UHGV virus genome: UHGV-1368299
Strand: one strand, 5' to 3'
DNA length: 50,382 nt
Source: a virus
The notes below the pieces were generated by a model that saw nothing but the letters and a program-made list of their open reading frames with translations, made no database searches and had not been told where the DNA came from. The position numbers and the translations under genes are program-made. Below, piece after piece: positions 1 to 8,511 of the stretch. Position 1 is the first letter of the stretch; each line of letters starts with the position of its first letter.

Positions 1-12
1 CCTTCCCTCATC

Positions 13-189
13 GAATGTTCGGCGGTTCATGCAACGGGATCGCCATTGTCATTGCCAGTGTTGGCGGCGCGGAGTGCCAGCATTGCCAGCTACTGAATAA
101 CGGGTCGTGCGAGGTGCTCGCGGGCATCGAGAATCCGATCGAATGCCGTTACGTCGCCGACTTCATCCACCAAAACGATGTTAAAATAT
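13..189 (+). CDS. Cys-rich small protein (CxxC motifs); reading frame open to window edge, may be 5'-truncated
   Basis: Frame-3 ORF open from nt 1, ATG at 13, TAA at 187-189 abutting ATG of next gene (TATAATG coupling); protein-like composition. Confidence 0.3.
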
Positions 190-190
190 A

Positions 191-568
191 ATGCGAACAG
201 TTACCATTTCGAACAGATTTTCCTACATCATCGGATCGCCTGAAGAGCGTATCAAGGCCATGCGCGACAAGGCGACCAATGACGTTACCGATGCCTTCAG
301 TGCTGCGGCTAAAGCTGCGATCACGCATTACTACGGTCGTGGCCCGGAAGAGTTCAGCGCGGAAAGTGCGCCTTTCCTGGTTGTCAAAAAGGAGGGCGGT
401 AATGTATGGCAAATCAACGACAAGCAGACTGGCGAGTTTATTTTCGGATCGGTTCCGTGCCGGGTAGGAAGCAACGATGTTACCATCCAGGAACTCGGCG
501 ATCATGAACCTCGCGTTCAGCGCACGATCTACATCAGCCAGGATTACGCGACCTGCGTTCCGGCATAG
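191..568 (+). CDS. hypothetical protein (125 aa)
   Basis: ORF track; co-directional and tightly coupled with flanking + strand genes; preferred over antisense ORF 149..571. Confidence 0.5.
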   Translation: MRTVTISNRFSYIIGSPEERIKAMRDKATNDVTDAFSAAAKAAITHYYGRGPEEFSAESAPFLVVKKEGGNVWQINDKQTGEFIFGSVPCRVGSNDVTIQELGDHEPRVQRTIYISQDYATCVPA

Positions 569-640
569 CACGTTTTGCTAAAACAACATGGCGGGATAGT
601 GGCATACTATCACCACACCAACAAGCGAAGGAGCTACACA

Positions 641-868
641 ATGAACCACCCGAAGACTGATTCCATTCTCGCCGTCCTGAACGCGCATGGCCGCGTCGTT
701 CTCCGCATGAACCGCGCCTCCGGCTTCACTCAGATCACGATCACGAAGTCGAAAGGCCGCTACATCATCGGGACGGTTCCGGGAGGTCGCCTCGTTCAGT
801 CCTCCCTGGCTGGCGTCACGCTGACGCTGGAATCGAACAGAATGTTCATTGAGGCGTGGAAAGCATGA
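641..868 (+). CDS. hypothetical protein (75 aa; start moved to ATG 641)
   Basis: AAGGAG SD 7 nt upstream of ATG 641; ORF 575..868 frame. Confidence 0.5.
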   Translation: MNHPKTDSILAVLNAHGRVVLRMNRASGFTQITITKSKGRYIIGTVPGGRLVQSSLAGVTLTLESNRMFIEAWKA

Positions 869-1557
869 AAGAAAAGGTTATTTACTGCATGTTCGACGGC
901 TCAGGTATCATGGGCCTGCCGTGGGCCATCAAGGGATGCAAGGTGTATTGCTTCAATGCCGACTCCGGCGACCACGGAGAATACAGCATTCGAATGGTTC
1001 ACCCCAATATCCAGTATGTTAACATTTGGATCGACAAGGATTTTGACGTGAAGCGATCGATTCTCGGCGTTCCCGATCCTGACTTCATTTTTGCGTTCCC
1101 GTCATGCACGCTGTTAGCGCATAGCGGCATCAAGCACGTAAGGCAAGATAATGACGTGCTATCCGCCGCAGATGATGCGAAGATGGTCGAACGCCTGGGC
1201 AACGAGTATGGTTGCCCCTGGATGGTTGAAAATCCGGTAGGAAAATTGTCGTCGCTATGGCGCAAGCCGGATTTCTATTTCCACCCGCGCGACTTCGGCG
1301 GCTATGTTTCCCCGGATGAGCCTGTTTGGCATCCAAAGATGCCCCATTGCGATAATTACACGAAGAAAACGTGCATTTGGCACGGAAACGGATTTGTCGA
1401 GCCTAAACGACTTTCCCCGCCGGATGGAGTAGAAGGCGTGAATTTCTTTTGGGCCTGGAAGTTTTTGGGCGGAAGGTCAGAAAGGACTAAAATGCTGCGC
1501 TCCATTACCCCGCGAGGTTTTGCCCGCGCTGTGTTCCAGGCGAATTATCGAGAATAG
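865..1557 (+). CDS. DNA C5-cytosine methyltransferase-like protein (short, ~230 aa)
   Basis: Motif I-like FDGSG, motif IV-like FPSC(T), motif VI-like ENPVGKL; ATGA overlap with upstream gene. Confidence 0.5.
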   Translation: MKEKVIYCMFDGSGIMGLPWAIKGCKVYCFNADSGDHGEYSIRMVHPNIQYVNIWIDKDFDVKRSILGVPDPDFIFAFPSCTLLAHSGIKHVRQDNDVLSAADDAKMVERLGNEYGCPWMVENPVGKLSSLWRKPDFYFHPRDFGGYVSPDEPVWHPKMPHCDNYTKKTCIWHGNGFVEPKRLSPPDGVEGVNFFWAWKFLGGRSERTKMLRSITPRGFARAVFQANYRE

Positions 1558-1614
1558 CACGAATTGCTAAAACTACCCGGCGAAAGTCGGGTAGCATTAC
1601 CACATCGAAACGCA
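1553..1614 (+). promoter_or_regulatory. intergenic cassette copy 1: AATAGCACgaatTGCTAAAA palindrome + CTACCCG/CGGGTAG stem-loop + CATTACCACATCGAAAC
   Basis: Reverse complement of the 20-mer TTTTAGCAATTCGTGCTATT seen 11 more times on the opposite strand; TAG stop of upstream gene embedded. Confidence 0.6.
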
Positions 1615-1629
1615 ACGGAGTAAACGGAA

Positions 1630-1833
1630 ATGAAATTTATTATCTTGATGATGTTAACTATTTTGTGTATGTCCGGGCCTGGTGGTTTTATCTTTGCCGT
1701 CATGCTGTTAGTTGTTGCCGTGATTATTGATATCCGCCATCACAATGTAATGACTGATTTAAGGCTTAATCGCATGATTAATGATATCAAGAGCGTTTGC
1801 GAAGGCATGGAAATAAAGGTGGTGAAGAAATGA
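1630..1833 (+). CDS. small membrane protein (2 predicted TM helices)
   Basis: Hydrophobic 67-aa ORF, GGAG upstream. Confidence 0.5.
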   Translation: MKFIILMMLTILCMSGPGGFIFAVMLLVVAVIIDIRHHNVMTDLRLNRMINDIKSVCEGMEIKVVKK

Positions 1834-2012
1834 TATCTCAAAAACTCGCCGAAGTATGCCGCGAAGTTCTCAGGATGAATAATGGCGGCGCAACCCTGGC
1901 TGCGATGCAAAATAAAATTGAGTCGCACGTTGGCTTTAAATTGAGTTGCAGAAATAAAGCTGACTTTCTGGATCTGGTTAATCTGTATATCGATATGGGA
2001 GAAAGAAAATAA
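1830..2012 (+). CDS. hypothetical protein (60 aa; ATGA-coupled start at 1830)
   Basis: ORF 1797..2012 frame; internal ATG 1830 overlaps upstream stop (ATGA). Confidence 0.4.
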   Translation: MISQKLAEVCREVLRMNNGGATLAAMQNKIESHVGFKLSCRNKADFLDLVNLYIDMGERK

Positions 2013-2450
2013 ATGGCGAAGTCAATCAAGATTAAATGCACGTCAAGCCGTGTCGTTAACATCCATGAAAATAACCTTTATTCCGCCCGCGTCGACAATG
2101 AAGGCAACGTGTCAATGATGGTATATGACAGCGTCGAACTGAAGAAGAAGCGCGTTATTTTGTCGGTAGGCGTTAGCGGCGAGTTGTTTATTGCTGGCGA
2201 CGGAGGAGCGGCGGTTGCGACGTTCATCGAACTCAAAACCAAAACGCTAAAATGCGTCGGCCTTGACCATAGCAACCCGATGAAAAAATCCTTCAGCGTC
2301 GGAAAGCGCTACCAGGTAGAAAGCGGTCGTGCGCTCGGTGCGGTTGCTGGCTACATCTTCGACCGTGACGGATGCCGCTGGACGCTGTACCGCGAGGAGG
2401 TCGGCTTCAGCGTATCTGACGGAACGACTTTCGAAGCTAAATACCTGTGA
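2013..2450 (+). CDS. hypothetical protein (145 aa)
   Basis: GGGAGAAAG SD; start abuts upstream stop. Confidence 0.6.
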   Translation: MAKSIKIKCTSSRVVNIHENNLYSARVDNEGNVSMMVYDSVELKKKRVILSVGVSGELFIAGDGGAAVATFIELKTKTLKCVGLDHSNPMKKSFSVGKRYQVESGRALGAVAGYIFDRDGCRWTLYREEVGFSVSDGTTFEAKYL

Positions 2451-2575
2451 CGGGTTCGGGGCCATGCGCCCCGATAATCCAAGCGCGTTTTTCAAGCGTG
2501 TTTAGATTATCACTGGATCTCGGATTTAATACGGCATATGATTAGCCGAACGATTAACCAATCAGGAGCAAGGGC

Positions 2576-4144
2576 ATGTTTTTAAATGACCGCGTATCAC
2601 CGCAAGATATTATCGCCATCGCAGAAAGGGAGGGGATCAGTCCCCTGCGCGTTGCGATTCGTGCGAACGGGTATCGTGACTCCGTTTCATTCTGGCCAAA
2701 GCCCAAAGATATCGACGTAAACGCGGATAAATACCCAACAATCTCGATCGCAAATGATTACGATGTGGTCGGCAAGCTGGCGCTAAATGCAGCACGTTCT
2801 GTTCAGTTCCCGGAATCATCCGCTTACATGCACTTTCTCGGAACCGTGTCCGCCGCGATGATGGGTCGCTTTTGGGTCGAGTACCACGGCAGCGAGCAAC
2901 CGACAACGCTTTACGTTATCACGTCGCAGCCGCCTTCAGCTGGTAAGTCTGCCATTAACTCGCTGGCCATCGATCCGATCGTCGCCGAAGTCGAGCGCAT
3001 TAACGAGTCGCGCAAGAAGGAGCGTAAGAAAATCATGGCGAAGCTGTCCGCCAACAAGCAGGCGCTAAAAGGGGAGTTATCGCAATCTGATATGGTGAAA
3101 CTTTTCGAAGATCGTGACGAACTGGAAGAGAAACTTGAAAAATTATGTGATCTAACTTTCCCGGTATCCGATACCACCCCGGAAGGTCTGGCGAAGATTA
3201 ACAACCGCCAGGGAAACTTTGCCGTTATCTCGGATGAGGCGACGGCGGTTAACAGCCTTTTGGGGATCACGTATGGCAACGATGGCGGCAAGAAGACGAA
3301 CAGCGAACTGGTGCTCAAAGCATGGGATAAAGGCCACGTATCGATCGCTCGTTCCGACGTTAGCAATAATATGTCATTCGTGGCTTTGGGCTGCATTTGC
3401 GTAATTGCCCAGGATGAAACCATCGACGCCATCATGCAAGCGGGTTCTCGCGGGATCGGTGTCTCGGAGCGTTTCCTTTTGGTTCGTGAGCAAACCCGTT
3501 TAGGCGAACGCGTGTTCATCGACGAAAACGGGAATTCGACCTATGAGCCGATCGACCAGTCACTGAAGGCAGATTACTTCCGGCTGATTCATGACATTAT
3601 GAGCGAATCAAACGTTAAGTTGCAGGTTACTGACGCGGCAATGCGGAGACTGAACAAGGCCCGCCAGGAATTAGAACCAGAGTTAGGCGACGGCGGAAAA
3701 TATTCGCATACTATGCTTCGCGGCGCGATGGGTAAGTTTGATAAGCAGGTTATGCGTCTGGCGTCCGTGATTCACACGATCCGGAACTGGCAACCAGGCG
3801 GGAAGCGCTCGAAGAAGATCGACACGGCAACAATTGACGAAGCGATCATCATGTTCCATGAATTGAGCAAAACGTATTTGTCATCGGCTGACTCTTCCGG
3901 CTTTGCTGGTGAGGGAGCGGAGATTAAAGCGATGTATGACGTTATCGCCAGTCGTTGCAAACAGGCAAAAGGTGTTATGACCGTCCAGGGCATTTATAAC
4001 GCCTGCCGAAACCTGAAGATCTTCAAAGGCCAGGCAGGGGTGAGCAAAAAGATTAAGGAACGCTTATTGCCGAAGATGGAGGAATTAGGCTTTATCTGCG
4101 TGATGGATTCCGAAGTCTTTATCAACCCGTCTTTCATGAGGTAA
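2576..4144 (+). CDS. hypothetical 522-aa protein with P-loop-like SAGKS motif and central coiled coil (possible DUF3987-type ATPase)
   Basis: AGGAG SD; long ORF; PPSAGKSA motif; function inferred weakly. Confidence 0.7.
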   Translation: MFLNDRVSPQDIIAIAEREGISPLRVAIRANGYRDSVSFWPKPKDIDVNADKYPTISIANDYDVVGKLALNAARSVQFPESSAYMHFLGTVSAAMMGRFWVEYHGSEQPTTLYVITSQPPSAGKSAINSLAIDPIVAEVERINESRKKERKKIMAKLSANKQALKGELSQSDMVKLFEDRDELEEKLEKLCDLTFPVSDTTPEGLAKINNRQGNFAVISDEATAVNSLLGITYGNDGGKKTNSELVLKAWDKGHVSIARSDVSNNMSFVALGCICVIAQDETIDAIMQAGSRGIGVSERFLLVREQTRLGERVFIDENGNSTYEPIDQSLKADYFRLIHDIMSESNVKLQVTDAAMRRLNKARQELEPELGDGGKYSHTMLRGAMGKFDKQVMRLASVIHTIRNWQPGGKRSKKIDTATIDEAIIMFHELSKTYLSSADSSGFAGEGAEIKAMYDVIASRCKQAKGVMTVQGIYNACRNLKIFKGQAGVSKKIKERLLPKMEELGFICVMDSEVFINPSFMR

Positions 4145-4609
4145 TTGATGTTCATTCTTGACATTTACAAGTTCTGCGAATCTCGCCGGGAATTCACCCG
4201 GCAGGATTTTGCGAAGTTCGTTTACATGCACCGCGAAGCGCCTCGCCTGGCAAAAGCCGCCAACGTGTCGCAACGCATGTTCGCCTCAATGGTCTCTAAG
4301 GAGTTTTTAGCGCGAAGCTATACGAATGGATACCTTGACGGAAAAAACGGCGCTGTGTGGTGTACGGGGCCTGATAACAGGGAGATAGGCTTTGATTTCC
4401 GGTCGTTCGATGGTATGGATAACCGATATATGTGGGAGATGATGCACCTTGACCAACTCAGTGATGAACAGCTTTTCGGGAAACCAGGTGGAAGATCTGA
4501 TAACGGAAGTTCACAGGCTTGTTTGCGTGAAACAGATCACACCAGAAAATTACTTGCGTGCCGCGCTCATCTTGCTCTATCAAGGAATGGCCGCAACCAA
4601 CACGGTTGA
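4145..4609 (+). CDS. hypothetical protein; 3' portion (after ~4445) looks non-protein-like, possible frameshift into 4449..4667
   Basis: GAGGTAA SD, start overlaps upstream stop; C-terminal 55 aa Arg/Gly-rich low complexity. Confidence 0.4.
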   Translation: MMFILDIYKFCESRREFTRQDFAKFVYMHREAPRLAKAANVSQRMFASMVSKEFLARSYTNGYLDGKNGAVWCTGPDNREIGFDFRSFDGMDNRYMWEMMHLDQLSDEQLFGKPGGRSDNGSSQACLRETDHTRKLLACRAHLALSRNGRNQHG

Positions 4610-4667
4610 ACATGGTCTTAACGATGAAGACGGAGTAGCGCTATTGCACGTCAAGAGGTACATATAG
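4449..4667 (+). CDS. hypothetical protein (+1 frame relative to 4145..4609; may be C-terminal part of a frameshifted product)
   Basis: Protein-like composition; GGGAG 11 nt upstream of TTG 4449; alternative ATG 4464. Confidence 0.4.
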   Translation: MTNSVMNSFSGNQVEDLITEVHRLVCVKQITPENYLRAALILLYQGMAATNTVEHGLNDEDGVALLHVKRYI

Positions 4668-4670
4668 AAA

Positions 4671-4699
4671 AAGGGGCATTACGCCCCTTTGTTTTTTCG
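4671..4699. terminator. bidirectional rho-independent terminator (GGGGCATTACGCCCC + T-run both sides); spanin stop codon lies in loop
   Basis: Perfect 5-bp GC stem flanked by A5 / T-rich tracts between convergent genes. Confidence 0.6.
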
Positions 4700-5104
4700 T
4701 TCCCGCCAAAGACCGAACACCCCGATCGCCAGCATTACCACCCCAACACCACCAATCAGCCACGGAATCAGGCTTCCGCTTTCATCGTTACGAATCTCGA
4801 TCTTGTCCGCCGTGATCTGGTTGGCGTGAATGCTGGAGGTCGTCACGGATTTCTTGTTCGACGTGTCAACCTTCCCTACCGCCGACTCTTTGAACGTGGT
4901 CTCCTGTTTGCTTGAGGTGTCAGTTTTGTTCGTCACGCCAACCGCCTGTTTCACGTTCTCCGCGCCGACTTGCGCTGTCATATCCGGCTTGCCACCAACC
5001 AGATCGGAAAGGATAGGGACTCTGGAAGCGCAACCGGAAACGACGGCAGCCGCCCACACGATAAAGCCGATGGCCAGCTCTCGTTGAAAGTTTAATGTGC
5101 TCAT
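4679..5104 (-). CDS. unimolecular spanin (N-terminal lipoprotein signal with lipobox VVSGC + C-terminal TM helix)
   Basis: Lipobox then Ser/Thr-rich linker then C-terminal hydrophobic helix; T1 gp11-type architecture; last gene of lysis cassette. Confidence 0.65.
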   Translation of the reverse strand: MSTLNFQRELAIGFIVWAAAVVSGCASRVPILSDLVGGKPDMTAQVGAENVKQAVGVTNKTDTSSKQETTFKESAVGKVDTSNKKSVTTSSIHANQITADKIEIRNDESGSLIPWLIGGVGVVMLAIGVFGLWRERKNKGA

Positions 5105-5583
5105 TTCAGATCCTTAATGCATAGTTGATATTCCTGAACCCGGCGATTATGCAAGCCTTTCGACTTCTCCATCTTTCCCGTTTTCGGGTTGCGGTAGTAC
5201 GTCCAGCGATATAGCTGCTCGCACGCCTCGCGCAATCGGCCCTGGTTCGTTAATTTCAGCATGGTGCTGCCAGAATATGCGCCGCCGCCAGCGTTGAACG
5301 TAAAGCTGTACATCGACGCCCTGAAGGTGTCCGGAACATCGACTTTGATTTTGCTGTCAACGGTTCGCTTCGCCACCTGGATATGCTTAGTTAAAAGCGC
5401 GTCGCACTCTGACCGGGTATAGGTTTTTCCCTTGATAACGTCCGGGCCTGTGATGCCTTCGCATACTGTAGGTACGCCAGCGATATCGGTATAAACCTTG
5501 TATTTCGTGTCCTCCACTTCGGGGAGGAACGCGACCGCGATCGCCACCGCCGCCGCGAAAGTAAGCCGCGTTTTCATTCCCAT
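5101..5583 (-). CDS. SAR endolysin (phage-21 R21-type lysozyme, GH24)
   Basis: N-terminal weakly hydrophobic signal-anchor [13 protein letters not shown]; strong similarity to R21 core (PTVCEGITG...KTYT..EC..LL; MYSFTFNAG; LYRWTY). Confidence 0.85.
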   Translation of the reverse strand: MGMKTRLTFAAAVAIAVAFLPEVEDTKYKVYTDIAGVPTVCEGITGPDVIKGKTYTRSECDALLTKHIQVAKRTVDSKIKVDVPDTFRASMYSFTFNAGGGAYSGSTMLKLTNQGRLREACEQLYRWTYYRNPKTGKMEKSKGLHNRRVQEYQLCIKDLK

Positions 5584-5584
5584 T

Positions 5585-5800
5585 TTATTTGCTCCTGATC
5601 CTCAATGCCTCTTTAATGTCGCCAGAATCAATCGCCTCCCGGATGGCTTTGGAGTCTTTCCACTTCAGCCACGTGCCGATTGAACCAAATAAGATCATGA
5701 AAAATAAACCAATGGCAGCGATGATTAATTGCCCGGTTGCAGATCCCGCAAGGGCAACACCGCCGCTGCTATTGGTTGCCGCGTTGATGAATTCCCGCAT
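5585..5800 (-). CDS. holin (71 aa, start moved to ATG 5800)
   Basis: One or two TM helices, charged C-terminus; AGAGG SD; immediately upstream of endolysin. Confidence 0.65.
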   Translation of the reverse strand: MREFINAATNSSGGVALAGSATGQLIIAAIGLFFMILFGSIGTWLKWKDSKAIREAIDSGDIKEALRIRSK

Positions 5801-5862
5801 GATATGCAACCTCTGTTAGTTAAATGGTAAGGTGATGATATATGCATTAGGCCAAATTAAGA

Positions 5863-5893
5863 ACAAAAAAAAGGGAACCCATCAAGGTTCCCA
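5863..5893 (-). terminator. rho-independent terminator (GGGAACC-catcaa-GGTTCCC + T8 on minus strand)
   Basis: Perfect 7-bp stem, T8 tract; sits after kinase gene, before holin. Confidence 0.6.
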
Positions 5894-5934
5894 ATAGTTA
5901 AGGTGATGATAATAAAGGCATTACGTAGAGAATA

Positions 5935-6507
5935 TTAATACCCTTCAAAAACCATATCAAGGATTTTTTGCGCGTCGTCTTCCGGCTCGCCAGTCGTCAT
6001 ATCAAAATCGAATTCGTGATAAGTTTCGCAAATTAGATCCGGGCGGCTAATATGCTTGCGGCTATCACCCTCGAAAGTCATGCCGTCACGATGCAGGCGA
6101 ACGACAAAGACGTTTACGCTATCACGCGCCGCGATGTGCTCTACTTCTTCGTCAAATCCGCCGTCGCTGACGACACAACTAACAGGAGAATTCACGACGG
6201 AATCGCAAAGCAACTTGCCGAACTGCTTTTTGCCTAACGTCGGCTTTACGAAATTTTCGCTAATGTGAATCAGGAATTCACGCGGCGAGCGGTCGCCTAA
6301 AAAGTCGCACTTGACTTCTTTCCGGCTGCGGTCGTGGTAACGGACGGCGAAACGGGCAAAGTCTGTTGCACCAAGGATGGCGCGCGCAATGTCAAACATC
6401 GGCTGTTTGAAGCTAAGGTTCTTGTATTGCCACTTACGCGAGATGATTTCCGCGATAGTGTCCTTTCCGATGCCCGGCGCCCCGTTGAGGATAATTACAT
6501 TTTTCAT
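5935..6507 (-). CDS. P-loop nucleotide/polynucleotide kinase (T4 Pnk-kinase / dNMP-kinase-like)
   Basis: Walker A GAPGIGKDT at N-terminus; ATGA overlap with upstream phosphatase gene. Confidence 0.75.
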   Translation of the reverse strand: MKNVIILNGAPGIGKDTIAEIISRKWQYKNLSFKQPMFDIARAILGATDFARFAVRYHDRSRKEVKCDFLGDRSPREFLIHISENFVKPTLGKKQFGKLLCDSVVNSPVSCVVSDGGFDEEVEHIAARDSVNVFVVRLHRDGMTFEGDSRKHISRPDLICETYHEFDFDMTTGEPEDDAQKILDMVFEGY

Positions 6508-6995
6508 TTGTCTACTCCGTGTGATTTTAAATGATCGTGAAGATTGTCGCCGTAGTCGCAGACCTGGTAAGTCGTGATCCCAAGGCCGCGCAAGTGCGCA
6601 ATAACATTGGGGGAATCATCCCACGCTGCAACAATGCGATCAAGTCCGATTTTGCGTAACTCCTCCTCCTTGATTACCGTGTCTTTACGGTTATCGCTGG
6701 CGCGGCGCATGATTAGGCTGTCATATTTCACCCCGTAGCGGTCAAGCCAAATCATTGTTTCGGTCTTCACCTCATCGGATCGGCCAGTCAGGATGATAAC
6801 GGTCATTCCGGATCGATAAAGCGCATTCGCCACGTCAATAGTGCTTTGGATTGGGCTGTCGCCAATTGACGCGCCATTAAATTCGCTCCAACTTTCTGTA
6901 AGGTGGAGATCTTTTTTTGGCAGCAGGTGCAAACGGTGGGTTCCGTCGGAAAGCGTGCCATCGAGATCGAAAATGCAGATACATTTTTTATTCAT
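6504..6995 (-). CDS. HAD-family phosphatase resembling T4 polynucleotide kinase 3'-phosphatase domain (start moved to ATG 6995)
   Basis: DxDGT motif (IFDLDGTLSDG), Pnk-like RKDTVIKEEE segment; GAGGA SD. Confidence 0.75.
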   Translation of the reverse strand: MNKKCICIFDLDGTLSDGTHRLHLLPKKDLHLTESWSEFNGASIGDSPIQSTIDVANALYRSGMTVIILTGRSDEVKTETMIWLDRYGVKYDSLIMRRASDNRKDTVIKEEELRKIGLDRIVAAWDDSPNVIAHLRGLGITTYQVCDYGDNLHDHLKSHGVDK

Positions 6996-7033
6996 TGGGT
7001 TATCCTCACTGGCCCCTCGCGGGGCCGTCGTGT

Positions 7034-8164
7034 TTACATGTTCGGGCGATAGATGAATCGACCGACCTCGCCATAGTCTTTGCTGTACAGAATCACCGCA
7101 GCCTGGCGGTATGAACGCCATCCGCCGCGAGCGGCGTAGGCATCTTTTGCGCCTAACTGGCCATGCACTTCGTCAATTCCTAACGAGTGTTCAGTTACAG
7201 TCTGGTGATGCCAGTGGCCTGAATGCGTGTAAATGTAGTCGCACTGGCCGAACTCCTTACGGAAGTCGGTAGCCATCGCAGCAAGGCGCGTTTCCGGCTT
7301 TTTCATCGTGTGGCCATGCGTATAGCCAAGCATGGTTTTGCCCCACAAGGTGCGATGCAGGATCGCCGGGCTAACATCAACGAAAACGCGCAGTTCATTC
7401 TCATAGAACGCCGCCAGCGCCGCGCGTAGCCAAATCATCCCGGCCTGGTCGTGGTTTCCTTCGATCACCTGCACTTCAACTTCCGCATGATTGTTAAGCA
7501 GTAGCGACACGGCGCGACGCAGCGAACGAATGGCAACATAAACAAGTTTTGCGTATCGGCTGTCCTGATCGAGAACGTGACCGCTTGCCGGGGTTACTGC
7601 GTCCAGGCCGTCACTGTGAAGGAAGTCACCGCCGACCAACAAAACAGCCTTTTGTGATTGCGGAGCAACCGAAACGGAATAATCAAAGAAGCGGTTTAGA
7701 ACCTTTTCTGCCGTGCTGGTATCATAGTTCTCGCCGCATTCATGCTTATGCGCCATTGCCCCAATATGCAGGTCGAAGATCGGGTACAGGGCAAGCTGAT
7801 CTTCAATGTAGAACTTCGATTCATCCAGCGGTTGCGGTTCGGCTCGCGGCAGGTCTTCGCAGAAAGCCGCCTGCGCTGCCTCCATAAGCGCGACCATGCG
7901 ATCGCGGTCTACTTCCGACTTAACCCACCGAACGACCTCGGAGCCGTCCGCGCGAATCATCGTCGACGTGCCTTTTACACCGAAGCCGTCCGGGATATGC
8001 TTCGCAACGTTGGCGTTTCCGTGTAGGTGTCCTTGTCGCGCCAGGCGAACGCCGCGACGTTCCACACTGCGAACGTTCATGCCGAACTCTTCCGCGATCT
8101 CGCGGTAGGTTTTACCTTCTTCGCGGGCGGCAAGGAATTCTTCGTCTGTGATTTTAGGTGACAT
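7034..8164 (-). CDS. HTH domain fused to calcineurin-like metallophosphoesterase
   Basis: N-terminal HTH (TYREIAEEFGMNVRSVER); phosphoesterase motifs D-x-H (FDLHIG), GD (GGDFLH), GNHD (IEGNHD). Confidence 0.8.
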   Translation of the reverse strand: MSPKITDEEFLAAREEGKTYREIAEEFGMNVRSVERRGVRLARQGHLHGNANVAKHIPDGFGVKGTSTMIRADGSEVVRWVKSEVDRDRMVALMEAAQAAFCEDLPRAEPQPLDESKFYIEDQLALYPIFDLHIGAMAHKHECGENYDTSTAEKVLNRFFDYSVSVAPQSQKAVLLVGGDFLHSDGLDAVTPASGHVLDQDSRYAKLVYVAIRSLRRAVSLLLNNHAEVEVQVIEGNHDQAGMIWLRAALAAFYENELRVFVDVSPAILHRTLWGKTMLGYTHGHTMKKPETRLAAMATDFRKEFGQCDYIYTHSGHWHHQTVTEHSLGIDEVHGQLGAKDAYAARGGWRSYRQAAVILYSKDYGEVGRFIYRPNM

Positions 8165-8259
8165 AATTTATCCTAATTGAATTGCATAGTTAATGATTGC
8201 GATCGTGAATAGAATCGCCGTAAATAAGATCGCAATATATCGCATTCTTCACGTCCCCG

Positions 8260-8511
8260 CTACTTGTAATATTTCTTCTGCTGTTTAGACTCGTGGATGA
8301 ACATCTTCAGCGCGTCGGCCTCCGCACGCGTTGCTACTGCTATTCGCGTGCGCTTCACAGGGCGCTCATGTAGATAGGTTAACTTCCCACCAAAGACAAT
8401 TGATATATCTTTGATATCGAAATACTTTGAGATCTTCACGATATCATCACTTATTCCTGCTTCTTTTGCGTGCTGCCATACGGCAGCGCGACCAGTCTCT
8501 ACAATCATCAT
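8260..8511 (-). CDS. hypothetical protein (83 aa)
   Basis: ORF track; ATGA coupling with upstream gene. Confidence 0.5.
   Translation of the reverse strand: MMIVETGRAAVWQHAKEAGISDDIVKISKYFDIKDISIVFGGKLTYLHERPVKRTRIAVATRAEADALKMFIHESKQQKKYYK

Noticed and set aside
149-571. 140-aa ORF on minus strand antisense to 191..568
   Set aside because: All neighbouring genes are on the + strand and tightly coupled (stop/start TATAATG at 187-191). The + strand product has the better composition. Kept only the + strand call.
2911-3519. 202-aa antisense ORF inside the 522-aa gene
   Set aside because: Ser/Arg-rich low-complexity translation with no SD. Typical shadow ORF of a high-GC coding strand.
7011-7026. 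GGCCCCTCGCGGGGCC palindrome between phosphatase start and upstream gene stop
   Set aside because: Perfect hairpin but with no U-tract on either strand. Noted as a possible RNA structure, with insufficient evidence to call a terminator or operator.
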